From Bacteroidales bacterium (GTDB lineage: Bacteria > Bacteroidota > Bacteroidia > Bacteroidales > GWA2-32-17): a stretch of DNA of 64,000 nt. Every line of letters begins with the position of its first letter. The first letter of the stretch is position 1. Positions 34,975-44,902 of the stretch are shown in pieces. A model generated the notes under the pieces. It saw only the letters and a list, made by a program, of their open reading frames with translations. It made no database searches and was not told the origin of the DNA. The stretch is taken from the NCBI GenBank assembly GCA_035371305.1, contig DAOOWN010000002.1:9908-73907 (forward strand). Reading direction: 5' to 3'. The translations under genes and the position numbers were made by a program.

Positions 34975-35874
34975 CTAACTTCGGGGATGGTAATCTTGAA
35001 TAACTTGCTTTAAATATGTTTTATCAATATGCGTATAAATTTCTGTAGTAATGATAGATTCGTGACCCAACATTTGCTGAACGGCTCTTAAATCGGCACC
35101 TCCCTCTACTAAATGGGTAGCAAACGAATGTCTAAAAGTATGCGGACTAATTTCTTTTTGTAATCCAATTTGCTCGGCAAGTCGTTTTATAATGATAAAA
35201 ACCATTACTCGAGTAAGTTTTTTCCCGTTTTTATTCAAAAAAACATAATTTTCGTATCCACGTTGAATTTTCTGTGTATTTCGAGTTTGCTCAAAATAAA
35301 ATTGAATTTCATTAATAGCTCTCTCGGAAATAGGCACCAAGCGTTCTTTATTCCCTTTGCCAATTACTTTTATAAAGCCTTCATCAAAATATAGTTGATT
35401 TAACTTTAATTCCACTAACTCAGAAACCCGTAACCCACAACTATATAGGGTTTCGAGCATTGCTCTGTTACGATGCCCATCGGGCTTACTTACATCCACA
35501 GCACGAATTAAATCATCAATTTCTTCAACTGATAAAATGGTAGGTAGTTTTTTATCGAGTCGTGGAGTTGAAATTAATATGGTTGGATTTTCGCTAATCC
35601 AATCGTTTAGTTCAAGAAAAAAGTAGAAAGCTTTTATACCCGAAATAATCCTTGCCTGTGAACGAGGGTTTATATCAAAATCGTGCAAATATGCCAAAAA
35701 TGTTTCTATGTCGTTCATCGAAACCTGTTCAGGCGATAATGGCGTTGATTGCGAATTGCAAAAGCGACCTAAGTGTGAAACATCGTGAATATATGCCTCA
35801 ATTGAATTTTCGGACAAAGATTTTTCAATTTTTAAATAAGATTTAAAATCATGTATTGCTTTATCCCAATTCAT
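34975..35874 (-). CDS. xerD: Site-specific tyrosine recombinase XerD
   Basis: N-terminal SAM-like domain (YLKIEKSLSENSIEAY) and catalytic HTFRHSFATHLVEGGADLRAVQQMLGHESIITTEIYTH. Confidence 0.9.
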   Translation of the reverse strand: MNWDKAIHDFKSYLKIEKSLSENSIEAYIHDVSHLGRFCNSQSTPLSPEQVSMNDIETFLAYLHDFDINPRSQARIISGIKAFYFFLELNDWISENPTILISTPRLDKKLPTILSVEEIDDLIRAVDVSKPDGHRNRAMLETLYSCGLRVSELVELKLNQLYFDEGFIKVIGKGNKERLVPISERAINEIQFYFEQTRNTQKIQRGYENYVFLNKNGKKLTRVMVFIIIKRLAEQIGLQKEISPHTFRHSFATHLVEGGADLRAVQQMLGHESIITTEIYTHIDKTYLKQVIQDYHPRS

Positions 35875-35923
35875 GTTGTATTTTTATGTGCTAAATTACA
35901 TTAATATTTAATACCATGTTACA

Positions 35924-36361
35924 ATGAAAATAACAATTATTCACGGTGCTAATTTAAATTTGTTGGGAACACGCGAACCAAATATATACGGAAATGAACG
36001 TCTCGAACAGCTAAACCAATACATTTTGGAGTCTTTTCCATCCATTGAATTTGATTTTTTTCAAAGTAATATTGAAGGAGAAATCATTAACAAAGTTCAA
36101 GCTGCTTCTTTAAACTCCGATGCTATCGTTATAAATCCGGGTGGATATACTCATACTTCTGTAGCCATTGCCGATTCCATTGCAGCATCGAACATTCCGG
36201 TTGTTGAGGTTCATTTGTCCAACATTTTTGCTCGCGAAACATACAGACAGGTGTCAATAACAGGTAGCAAATGTACAGGGACTATTTCCGGATTTGGCCA
36301 ATACTCGTATATACTTGGCATTAAAGCTGCCTTAAACCTTGCTAAAAAGGGAAACGACTAA
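35924..36361 (+). CDS. aroQ: Type II 3-dehydroquinate dehydratase
   Basis: IIHGANLNLLGTREPNIYG, INPGGYTHTSVAIADSI, VEVHLSNIFARE. Confidence 0.95.
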   Translation: MKITIIHGANLNLLGTREPNIYGNERLEQLNQYILESFPSIEFDFFQSNIEGEIINKVQAASLNSDAIVINPGGYTHTSVAIADSIAASNIPVVEVHLSNIFARETYRQVSITGSKCTGTISGFGQYSYILGIKAALNLAKKGND

Positions 36362-36920
36362 TCATAAGTGTAATAGCAACTCCCATTCCGGCACCACTGA
36401 ATAAATGAACCCAATCTCGACGATTCACTTTAAAAATCGTTATCATTACAATATTTAACAATAGAATAAACGAAACGATAAGAATTTGCCCCACTTCAAT
36501 CCCGACATTAAAAGCCAACAACGATGTAAATATATCTTTATCGTTTGCCAAAAGTTGTTGTAAATAGTTCGAAAATCCCAAACCATGAATCAATCCGAAA
36601 AATAAAGCAGTGATATATTTTGCCCAATGCGTTTTTTTCTCCACCTTATCGGTAAAAGACCAAACATTCCATAAGCCTGTTATAAAAATGGTAACCGGTA
36701 TTAAAAATTCTACCCAGGCTGAAGATATATGAATTAAGTGATATGTAGCTAAAATCAACGATGTAGTATGACCTATAGTAAATGCAGTTATTAAAACTAA
36801 GATTTGTTTCCATTGCTTGATTAAATATACTGCCGTTAAACAGACCAAAAATAATATATGATCGTAAGAATAAATATCGGCTATATGGTGAATACCTAAG
36901 TTAAAATAAAGTTGAAACAT
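36342..36920 (-). CDS. HupE/UreJ-family (type 2) membrane protein, putative Ni/Co permease
   Basis: GIHHIADIYSYDHILFLVCL and GHTTSLILA, GLIHGLGFS motifs; 6 TM segments. ATG at 36920 preferred over TTG at 36935. Confidence 0.7.
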   Translation of the reverse strand: MFQLYFNLGIHHIADIYSYDHILFLVCLTAVYLIKQWKQILVLITAFTIGHTTSLILATYHLIHISSAWVEFLIPVTIFITGLWNVWSFTDKVEKKTHWAKYITALFFGLIHGLGFSNYLQQLLANDKDIFTSLLAFNVGIEVGQILIVSFILLLNIVMITIFKVNRRDWVHLFSGAGMGVAITLMISRFPF

Positions 36921-36972
36921 ATTTTTTAGCAGCAAAATTAGAAAAATATCATTGATTTTTCTCTATTTTTTC

Positions 36973-36980
36973 TATTTTTG
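36973..36980 (+). promoter_or_regulatory. -7 promoter box TATTTTTG
   Basis: Exact TAnnTTTG match 27 nt upstream of the ATG at 37007. Confidence 0.4.
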
Positions 36981-37006
36981 CATTGTAAATTTAAATAATT
37001 TAAACA

Positions 37007-38665
37007 ATGAAAAAAATTTCGTTTTTTTTACTACTCAATTTACTTTTGGGTAATACTGATGCACAAAAAAATATTTATTATCCGACACAATTCACCAATA
37101 GTTTGACAAAAAACAAAAGCCTAACTTGGCTTGCTGACACCATTGTTGCATACAATCATTTACAAAGCCCAACATATCGTTATATCTACGTTTTTGACAC
37201 CGACAACAAATTAAGTCAATTTAAAACTGATATTTGGCAATCGGACCATTGGGAAAATTACTTAAGAACGAATTATAGTTACGATTCGAATAATTTGTTA
37301 ATTCAAATACTAGATGAGCAATGGAACCAAGGCCTGTGGGAAGGACATAACAGATATAGTTTTACTTATGATCAAAACAACAAATTAACTTCTTATATAA
37401 CTGAATATTACGCTTCAAACTCATGGCATTACTCAGAAAAATATCAATATTTATTCGACATTCAAAATCATTTATTGTTCTATTCACTTGAAAATTGGCA
37501 AACCGACCACTGGGATAAAAACACAAAATACGAATATACCTACAACACTCATGGAGACCTTGTTACAGAATTGCATCAAATCGGAGAGAATAATATATGG
37601 GTTAACTATGAAATATCAACATATACCTACGATTCGAATTATCTGAAAACTCAATTAGAAATTCTCAATTGGAACAACAATGCCTGGGAAAACTATTTTA
37701 AACAAGAATTTACTTATACTTCGACCGGAAAAATTGATACAGAAATTGATTATTATGGGAACAATTCACAATGGTTACTTTACGATAAAACAATTTATAC
37801 ATATAATGCTCAAGACTCTGTTGAAACTCAATTATTTCAAATCTATCAAACCGATCATTTTGAAAACGATGAACTATATTTATACAGCTATGACAATGAC
37901 GGAAATAAAATTTTAGAAGTATCAAAAATCTGGAATTCAGGAACATGGAATAATAATGACAGTATAAAATACACGTTCGATTCACAAAATCATTTAATTC
38001 AAAAACAATTTTTCAAATGGAATTCTTCAACGTGGGCTAATTTTCAACAATGGCATTACGTATATAATTCCAACCAACTAATACAAGAAAGTTATGAAAA
38101 ATGGGAAAACAATGCATGGTCTTACCTATATATTTATACCATGGATTTTGATACACAAAACAATTTATTATCAAGAATTGAAGAACGTTGGCAAAATGGG
38201 AATGCAACAAAAGTAAAATATTCATATCTATACGATTCCAATAACAATTCCATCGAAGGCAAGTATGAACAATGGAACAACGGAGCATGGGAAGATTTTA
38301 TTACAAACGAAATCCCCATTTTTTCAAATCAACAAGTCATCAATTCTGTTACTAATAACCAATTACATCGATATGAAGCACATTTTAAATCGTTTGAAAT
38401 TAATACTATTCAAGCGGAAGCCATAAAAATTAAATGCTCCATATATCCTAACCCTGCAAAAGACTTTGTTAACATTGATTTTTCAGAAAACCAAATCACC
38501 GCAAAGGCAACCATCTTTTCGACATCGCAAAAAGCAATTCAAACAGAAATTTTGAAAGACAAACATAATCAAATAAATATCAACAACTTAAAGCCGGGTG
38601 TTTATTTTATTCAAATAAACTCAGATTCATTTTCAAATATATTTAAATTGGTAAAAAATTATTGA
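37007..38665 (+). CDS. Secreted Trp/Tyr-rich repeat protein with T9SS type-A C-terminal sorting domain
   Basis: Signal peptide; about 13 units of W.N..W.N......Y.YD..N.L; C-terminal CSIYPNPAKDFVNIDF...GVYFIQINSD...FKLVKN. Confidence 0.7.
   Translation: MKKISFFLLLNLLLGNTDAQKNIYYPTQFTNSLTKNKSLTWLADTIVAYNHLQSPTYRYIYVFDTDNKLSQFKTDIWQSDHWENYLRTNYSYDSNNLLIQILDEQWNQGLWEGHNRYSFTYDQNNKLTSYITEYYASNSWHYSEKYQYLFDIQNHLLFYSLENWQTDHWDKNTKYEYTYNTHGDLVTELHQIGENNIWVNYEISTYTYDSNYLKTQLEILNWNNNAWENYFKQEFTYTSTGKIDTEIDYYGNNSQWLLYDKTIYTYNAQDSVETQLFQIYQTDHFENDELYLYSYDNDGNKILEVSKIWNSGTWNNNDSIKYTFDSQNHLIQKQFFKWNSSTWANFQQWHYVYNSNQLIQESYEKWENNAWSYLYIYTMDFDTQNNLLSRIEERWQNGNATKVKYSYLYDSNNNSIEGKYEQWNNGAWEDFITNEIPIFSNQQVINSVTNNQLHRYEAHFKSFEINTIQAEAIKIKCSIYPNPAKDFVNIDFSENQITAKATIFSTSQKAIQTEILKDKHNQININNLKPGVYFIQINSDSFSNIFKLVKNY
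37199..38297 (+). repeat. Degenerate ~75-90-nt coding repeats (W/Y/N-rich units)
   Basis: Periodic W..(D/N)..W...Y.YD motifs seen in the translation. Confidence 0.55.
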
Positions 38666-38738
38666 TTATTTGTTAATAAAACAGTTAATTCTTACTTTTT
38701 AAAAAGGATAATTTTATGGATATTTGCAAAAAAAATCC

Positions 38739-39155
38739 ATGAAATCGTACCGTAAAGAATTGTGGTTTGAAACACCCCATCGCAGAGATTTTATCAACAT
38801 AACTCCCGCTGTGGAAGCATGTCTTAGCGATAGCGGCATTAAAGAAGGTTTGTGCTTAGTAAATGCCATGCACATTACATCGAGTGTATTTATTAACGAC
38901 GATGAATCCGGTCTTCATCACGACTACGAAGTTTGGCTCGAAAAATTGGCACCCGAAAAACCCTATTCACAATACAAACACAATGGTTTTGAAGACAACG
39001 CCGATGCTCATCTTAAACGAACCATCATGGGACGCGAAGTAGTTGTTGCCATTACCAACGGAAAACTTGATTTTGGACCTTGGGAACAGATTTTTTATGG
39101 CGAATTTGACGGAAAACGAAGAAAAAGAGTACTAGTGAAAATAATAGGAGAATAA
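38739..39155 (+). CDS. yjbQ: YjbQ/UPF0047 family protein (secondary thiamine-phosphate synthase-like)
   Basis: [61 protein letters not shown]. Confidence 0.85.
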   Translation: MKSYRKELWFETPHRRDFINITPAVEACLSDSGIKEGLCLVNAMHITSSVFINDDESGLHHDYEVWLEKLAPEKPYSQYKHNGFEDNADAHLKRTIMGREVVVAITNGKLDFGPWEQIFYGEFDGKRRKRVLVKIIGE

Positions 39156-39158
39156 AAA

Positions 39159-40676
39159 ATGACCAACCAAAAAAAAATAAAAACCGCATTAATATCTATC
39201 TTTCATAAAGAAAACATAGAAGCCATTATTCATAAACTTGCATCGCTCGAGGTGAGTTTTATTTCAACCGGAGGCACAAAGGAGTATATCGAAAAATTAG
39301 GCTACACTGTAACTGCTGTAGAAGAATTAACATCTTTTCCGTCAATGTTGGGCGGAAGAGTAAAAACCCTGCACCCCGCTGTTATGGGCGGAATACTCTA
39401 TAGAAGAGATCATCAACAAGATATAATCGAAACACAACAATACAATATTCCCAATATAGACCTTGTAATCGTTGACCTTTATCCATTTGAACAAACAATT
39501 CAACAAACCCAAAACGAAGAAGAAATCATCGAAAAAATTGATATTGGCGGCATTAGCCTTATTCGTGCAGCAGCTAAAAATTTCAACGATGTAGTTATTA
39601 TTCCATCGCAAAAAGAGTACTCAACGTTATTAACTTTATTGAATGAACAAGACGGCTTTTTCACGCTCGAACAACGAAGATATTTCGCCCAAAAAGCATT
39701 TGAAACCTCTGCTTATTACGATCGAATGATTTTCAGCTATTTTGCACAATCGCCCTATATCAATATTCCGCTAAGTCCTGCCAAAACATTACGCTATGGC
39801 GAAAACCCACATCAAAAAGGATGGTTTATCGGAAATATGAACGATATATTTGAAAAAATTCAAGGTCAAGAAATTTCGTACAATAATCTGCTCGATATTG
39901 ACTCGGGTCTGCATCTGCTCAAAGAATTTAACGAACCCACCTTGGCCATTTTGAAACACAATAACACCTGCGGCATTGCCTCTGATTCAAACCCAATGTT
40001 GGCATGGAAAAAAGCTCTTGCCGGTGATCCTGTAAGTGCATTTGGAGGCGTTATAGTTTGTAATTTCGACATCAACTTAGAATTAGCCAAAGAGATAGAC
40101 AATATATTTTTTGAAATTCTTGTTGCCACCGATTTTAGCAACGAAGCCATTGAACATTTTAACAAGAAACAAAAACGAATTTTGTTAAAACTAAAAAACT
40201 GGTTACCCACACACTATACTCTTCGCTCGGCTTTAAATGGTATTTTGGTTGAAGAAAGAGATTTACATACAGAACATACCGGGCATTTTAATTACGTAAC
40301 AACCGTTAAGCCAAGCGAAAAGCAAATCGAAGACCTGATTTTTGCCAATAAAATAGTAAAGCACACAAAAAGCAATGCCATCGTACTTGTAAAAGATAAA
40401 CAACTGATTGGCAGCGGTATAGGACAAACTTCACGCGTAGATGCTGTGCGTCATGCCATCGAAAAAGCAAAGGCATTTAACTTTGAACTTAAAGGAGCTG
40501 TTTTGGCCAGCGATGCATTCTTCCCTTTTTCCGACAGCATCGAAATGGCACACAAACAAGGAATTGACGCATTTATCCAACCCGGAGGCAGCATTCGCGA
40601 TAAAGATTCTATTGATTATTGTAATCAAAACAATTTATCGATGATTTTTACAGGATTTCGTCATTTTAAGCATTAA
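39159..40676 (+). CDS. purH: Bifunctional AICAR formyltransferase / IMP cyclohydrolase
   Basis: ALISIFHKENI, STGGT, GRVKTLHP, DLVIVDLYPFE, IDIGGISLIRAAAKN, LRYGENPHQ, GQTSRVDA, FIQPGGSIRD. Confidence 0.95.
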   Translation: MTNQKKIKTALISIFHKENIEAIIHKLASLEVSFISTGGTKEYIEKLGYTVTAVEELTSFPSMLGGRVKTLHPAVMGGILYRRDHQQDIIETQQYNIPNIDLVIVDLYPFEQTIQQTQNEEEIIEKIDIGGISLIRAAAKNFNDVVIIPSQKEYSTLLTLLNEQDGFFTLEQRRYFAQKAFETSAYYDRMIFSYFAQSPYINIPLSPAKTLRYGENPHQKGWFIGNMNDIFEKIQGQEISYNNLLDIDSGLHLLKEFNEPTLAILKHNNTCGIASDSNPMLAWKKALAGDPVSAFGGVIVCNFDINLELAKEIDNIFFEILVATDFSNEAIEHFNKKQKRILLKLKNWLPTHYTLRSALNGILVEERDLHTEHTGHFNYVTTVKPSEKQIEDLIFANKIVKHTKSNAIVLVKDKQLIGSGIGQTSRVDAVRHAIEKAKAFNFELKGAVLASDAFFPFSDSIEMAHKQGIDAFIQPGGSIRDKDSIDYCNQNNLSMIFTGFRHFKH

Positions 40677-40694
40677 AAATTGAATCTGATGTAT

Positions 40695-40702
40695 TAACTT
40701 TG
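40695..40702 (+). promoter_or_regulatory. -7 promoter box TAACTTTG upstream of mreB
   Basis: Exact TAnnTTTG match 22 nt upstream of the ATG at 40724. Confidence 0.4.
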
Positions 40703-40723
40703 TAAGTTTAACGAAATTATATT

Positions 40724-41749
40724 ATGGGACTATTTTCATATTTCAACCAAGAACTTGCTATTGACCTGGGAACTGCCAATACCATTATTACATACAACGA
40801 CAAAATCGTAGTTGATGAGCCTTCTATAATTGCTATTGATAACGACACCAAAAAAGTAATTGCAGTAGGTCAGGAAGCACGACAAATGCATGGAAAAACA
40901 CATGCAAACATACGTACCATTCGTCCGTTAAAAGATGGCGTAATTGCCGACTTTTATGCTGCCGAACTGATGCTTCGCGAATTCATTCGAAAAATTAACC
41001 CAAGAAGACGTTTTTTTTCGCCTTCGTTAAAATTGGTAATTGCCATTCCATCCGGAAGTACCGAAGTTGAAATTCGTGCTGTACGCGACTCTTCTGAACA
41101 TGCCGGTGCACGCGAAGTTTATATGATATACGAGCCGATGGCAACAGCAATTGGTATAGGATTAGATGTAGAAGCCCCCGAAGGCAATGTAGTGGTTGAC
41201 ATAGGAGGCGGAACAACAGAAATTGCCGTAATTTCATTAGCAGGTATTGTGTGCAACAAATCTATCCGTGTCGCCGGAGATGTTTTCACCGCTGATATTA
41301 TGGAGTATATGCGTAGCCAACACAACATGAAAGTGGGCGAACGAACTGCCGAAGAAATAAAATTAGAAGTGGGTGCTGCTATCCGCGATTTAGACGACCC
41401 GCCCTCCGATTATATTGTTAAAGGGCCTAGTCTTACCGCATCCATGCCACTCGAAATCCCCGTTTCCTATCAAGAGATAGCACATTGCATTGATAAAAGT
41501 TTATCCAGAATTGAAAGTGCCATTCAACAAGTTTTAGAAGAAACACCATCGGAACTGTATAAAGACATTACAAACAGCTGCATCTATTTAGCAGGTGGAG
41601 GCTCAAAAATCAGAGGTTTAGACAAGCGTTTAACCGATAAATTTAATTTAAAATTCAAAGTAGCCGAAGATCCGTTGCATGCAGTTGCCAGAGGGACGAA
41701 TACTGTTTTAAAAAATCTTAACCGTTTTCAAGCCATCCTCATGCGATAA
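40724..41749 (+). CDS. mreB: Rod shape-determining protein MreB
   Basis: Actin-fold motifs LAIDLGTANT, VVDIGGGTTEIAVISL, IYLAGGGSKIRGLDKRL. Confidence 0.95.
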   Translation: MGLFSYFNQELAIDLGTANTIITYNDKIVVDEPSIIAIDNDTKKVIAVGQEARQMHGKTHANIRTIRPLKDGVIADFYAAELMLREFIRKINPRRRFFSPSLKLVIAIPSGSTEVEIRAVRDSSEHAGAREVYMIYEPMATAIGIGLDVEAPEGNVVVDIGGGTTEIAVISLAGIVCNKSIRVAGDVFTADIMEYMRSQHNMKVGERTAEEIKLEVGAAIRDLDDPPSDYIVKGPSLTASMPLEIPVSYQEIAHCIDKSLSRIESAIQQVLEETPSELYKDITNSCIYLAGGGSKIRGLDKRLTDKFNLKFKVAEDPLHAVARGTNTVLKNLNRFQAILMR

Positions 41750-41767
41750 TTGACTATATGAATTCGT

Positions 41768-42583
41768 ATGAGAACCATTCTAAAGTTTATAATTAAGCAA
41801 CATAATCTGCTGTTTTTTCTTTTAATAGCTATATTTTGCTTTGTATTAACTATTAGAAACAACGATTATCAAAAGGCAGTGAGTGTAAAATTTATGGACG
41901 AACTAACAGGTAATGTTCATAATAGCTATTACTCGTTTATTCAATATATAAATACCATCAACGAAAATAAAAAATTGGCAAACGAAAATGCTCTTCTACG
42001 CAAAATGTTACTAAATAAAAAAGACAGCCTACAAACGATTATTCAAACAACCAATAACTTCGATTTAATAGTTGCCAATGTAATTTATGCAAGTGTGTTT
42101 AAAGCCAATAACTATTTAATTATAAATAAAGGAAGCAACGACAGTCTAAAACCCGATATGGCCGTTATATGTCCCGAAGGTGTTGTGGGAATTATAAAAA
42201 GTACATCCCCCCACTTTTCAACCGTTATTCCACTTATAAACACCAATGCTCATATAAGTGCTCGAATAAAAACAAATAAATACTTTGGTACAACTACTTG
42301 GGATGGAACAAATTCTTCCATAGTAAATTTATCGGATATCCCCTATCATGTTAAATTGCATATGGGCGATACTGTAATTACCAGTGGTTTTTCCGCTATT
42401 TTCCCTGAAGGAATTACCATTGGTACTATTTCTCATTTTGATTATAGCGAAGGCAGCGATTTCTATAATATTGAAGTTAAAATTAGCACTCAGTTCAGTA
42501 AATTGGACTATGTTTATGTTGTAAAGAATAAACTTCAAAATGAATTAAAGGAAATTCAAAAAACGATTAACAATGTCCAATAA
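41768..42583 (+). CDS. mreC: Rod shape-determining protein MreC
   Basis: N-terminal TM plus coiled coil (NENKKLANENALLRK), C-terminal beta domains (GVVGIIKS..., GDTVITSGFSAIFPEGITIG); position in the mre operon. Confidence 0.85.
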   Translation: MRTILKFIIKQHNLLFFLLIAIFCFVLTIRNNDYQKAVSVKFMDELTGNVHNSYYSFIQYINTINENKKLANENALLRKMLLNKKDSLQTIIQTTNNFDLIVANVIYASVFKANNYLIINKGSNDSLKPDMAVICPEGVVGIIKSTSPHFSTVIPLINTNAHISARIKTNKYFGTTTWDGTNSSIVNLSDIPYHVKLHMGDTVITSGFSAIFPEGITIGTISHFDYSEGSDFYNIEVKISTQFSKLDYVYVVKNKLQNELKEIQKTINNVQ

Positions 42584-43091
42584 TATCTTTTCACATATTA
42601 TTCGTTTTTTTGTGCTTATACTTCTACAGGTATATGTTCTGAACAACATTTTATTTTTTAACATAATTAATCCCTATGTTTATATCTATTTTATATTGCT
42701 TTTACCTTTTGAACTTCCACCTGTACTTATCACTTTTCTGAGTTTTTTAATTGGTATAAGCGTCGATTTTTTTGCCGGAACCATAGCAATAAATGCCTTT
42801 GCTTCGACGATAGCCGGATATATGAGACCCTTTATTTTAAAGCTCTTTTCGCCCCATGACGGTTACGAAAAAAATTCGGCTCCGACTATTGCTTTTTACA
42901 ATATTAATTGGTGGATTAAATATGCTATGTTTATAACATTAATTCATCACAGCGTTTTGTTTTTTACCGAAACTTTTCACTTTCATGCGGTATTATATAC
43001 CATTGCAAAAATTATAGTAAGTTCAGCCTTATCCTTAATTCTTATGATTCTCATGCAGTACTTCTTTCACAAAAGTTCTAAGAAACTATGA
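42573..43091 (+). CDS. mreD: Rod shape-determining protein MreD
   Basis: Small, about 5 TM segments; overlaps mreC by 11 nt and mrdA by 4 nt. Confidence 0.7.
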   Translation: MSNNIFSHIIRFFVLILLQVYVLNNILFFNIINPYVYIYFILLLPFELPPVLITFLSFLIGISVDFFAGTIAINAFASTIAGYMRPFILKLFSPHDGYEKNSAPTIAFYNINWWIKYAMFITLIHHSVLFFTETFHFHAVLYTIAKIIVSSALSLILMILMQYFFHKSSKKL

Positions 43092-44902
43092 TAAATCCAT
43101 ACAATCAGCGAAAATATACCATAGGCGGAGTTATTATTTTTATCGTTTTTATATACATTGCACGCTTATTTTACATGCAAATCATCGACGAATCATACAA
43201 ATATTCTGCACAAAACAACTCTCAACGAAGAATAACCAAATATCCCGCTCGAGGTGTAATTTTTGACAGAAACGGCAAAATATTAGTATATAACGAACCT
43301 GCTTTTGACTTAATGGTAATTCCTCAACAAACTCAAGCTTTCGATACCCTTGATTTAGCAAAGCTTTTGGAATTAGACCCCATTATAATTCGAACCATCA
43401 TTCAAAAAGCACGTGCATATTCTATTTACAAGCCCTCTATTGTTGTTCCACAACTTTCGCTTGAAACCACTGCTATACTTAAAGAAAAATTATTCAAATT
43501 TCCCGGTTTCTTTTTACAATCGCGAACACTGCGAAAATACCCAAAACCTATTGCGGCACATTTGCTGGGATATGTTGGAGAGGTTGATGAAAATTACATT
43601 CAAAAACATCCTTATTATAAAATGGGCGATTATGTCGGAATTAGTGGCTTAGAACGAACATACGAAGAATATTTAAGAGGGAAAAAAGGGGTTAGTATTT
43701 ATTTAGTAGATGTACACAATAAAATTGTAGGCAACTTTGCAGACGGAAAATACGATACGGCTGCTGTTCCGGGTTATAATATAACAACCGGAATCGATAT
43801 AGAATTGCAAGAATACGGCGAAAAACTCATGCAAAATAAAAAAGGAAGTATTGTTGCCATTGATCCTCAAACCGGCGAAATATTAGCATTGGTTTCGAGT
43901 CCCAATTACGACCCCAGCTTATTGGTGGGAAGAAAACGAACAAAAAATTATGTTGTATTGCTCAAAGATTCACTTAAACCTTTGTTTAACAGAGCCCTAA
44001 TGGCCAAGTATCCTCCCGGAAGCACATTTAAAATTGTCGGTGCATTAATAGGACAACAAGAAGGTGTTTTGACTCCAAACACGCAATTTGGCTGCTCAAA
44101 AGGATTTACCATGGGCAATATTCACGTAGGTTGTCATGCACATGCCAGTCCGTTAAACTTACCTCAATCCATTCAACATTCTTGTAACTCATATTATTGT
44201 CAAGCATTTCTAAAAATTTTAAACAACAGAAAATACAAAAATACCGAACAAGCCTTCAGTTCTTGGCGCGAATATGTTACTTCGTTTGGTTTTGGCGAAA
44301 AACTTGGCTCCGATTTAGCATACGAACTCAAGGGAAATGTTCCAACCGTTAAATATTACGATAAATATTTTGGTAAAAATCGTTGGCATCCGCTAACCAT
44401 TATCTCATTGTCTATTGGACAAGGTGAAATGGGAATTACCCCGGTACAATTAGCCAATTTTGCTGCTACGATAGCAAACAGAGGCTTTTTTTATACTCCG
44501 CATGTAGTTCGGGAAATTCAAGATGCAAAATGGGATAACTCAGCGTTTAAAATAAAACATTTTACTAAAATTGATCCAAAATACTTTGAACCAGTAATTG
44601 AAGGTATGGAAAACGTTGTTTTAGCAGGTACAGCGCGTAATGCAAAAATAGACAGCATTACCATATGCGGAAAAACCGGAACTGCCCAAAACCCACATGG
44701 AAAAGATCATTCTATTTTTATTGCTTTTGCTCCCAAAGAGCAATCCAAGATTGCTATAGCCGTTATTGTAGAAAATGCCGGATTTGGAGCAACGTATGCC
44801 GCACCTATAGCAAGTCTAATGATAGAAAAATACCTGAAGCGAAAAGTTATAAGGACAGACCTTGAAAAACAAATGATGGAAACGAACTTAATTTACAGAT
44901 AA
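43088..44902 (+). CDS. mrdA: Penicillin-binding protein 2 (elongasome transpeptidase)
   Basis: TM anchor, PARGVIFDRNG, active-site PGSTFK, SCN (SxN), KTGTAQ. Confidence 0.9.
   Translation: MINPYNQRKYTIGGVIIFIVFIYIARLFYMQIIDESYKYSAQNNSQRRITKYPARGVIFDRNGKILVYNEPAFDLMVIPQQTQAFDTLDLAKLLELDPIIIRTIIQKARAYSIYKPSIVVPQLSLETTAILKEKLFKFPGFFLQSRTLRKYPKPIAAHLLGYVGEVDENYIQKHPYYKMGDYVGISGLERTYEEYLRGKKGVSIYLVDVHNKIVGNFADGKYDTAAVPGYNITTGIDIELQEYGEKLMQNKKGSIVAIDPQTGEILALVSSPNYDPSLLVGRKRTKNYVVLLKDSLKPLFNRALMAKYPPGSTFKIVGALIGQQEGVLTPNTQFGCSKGFTMGNIHVGCHAHASPLNLPQSIQHSCNSYYCQAFLKILNNRKYKNTEQAFSSWREYVTSFGFGEKLGSDLAYELKGNVPTVKYYDKYFGKNRWHPLTIISLSIGQGEMGITPVQLANFAATIANRGFFYTPHVVREIQDAKWDNSAFKIKHFTKIDPKYFEPVIEGMENVVLAGTARNAKIDSITICGKTGTAQNPHGKDHSIFIAFAPKEQSKIAIAVIVENAGFGATYAAPIASLMIEKYLKRKVIRTDLEKQMMETNLIYR

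Noticed and set aside
34975-35874. Tyrosine recombinase as a possible integrase marking a mobile element next to the DUF134 cluster
   Set aside because: The sequence and length fit chromosomal XerD, and it is divergently paired with aroQ. I saw no flanking direct repeats, tRNA target, excisionase or other mobile-element genes.
36342-36361. 20-nt 3-prime overlap of convergent aroQ and the HupE-like gene
   Set aside because: Short convergent overlaps are common in compact genomes. I saw no structure or motif that suggests regulation.
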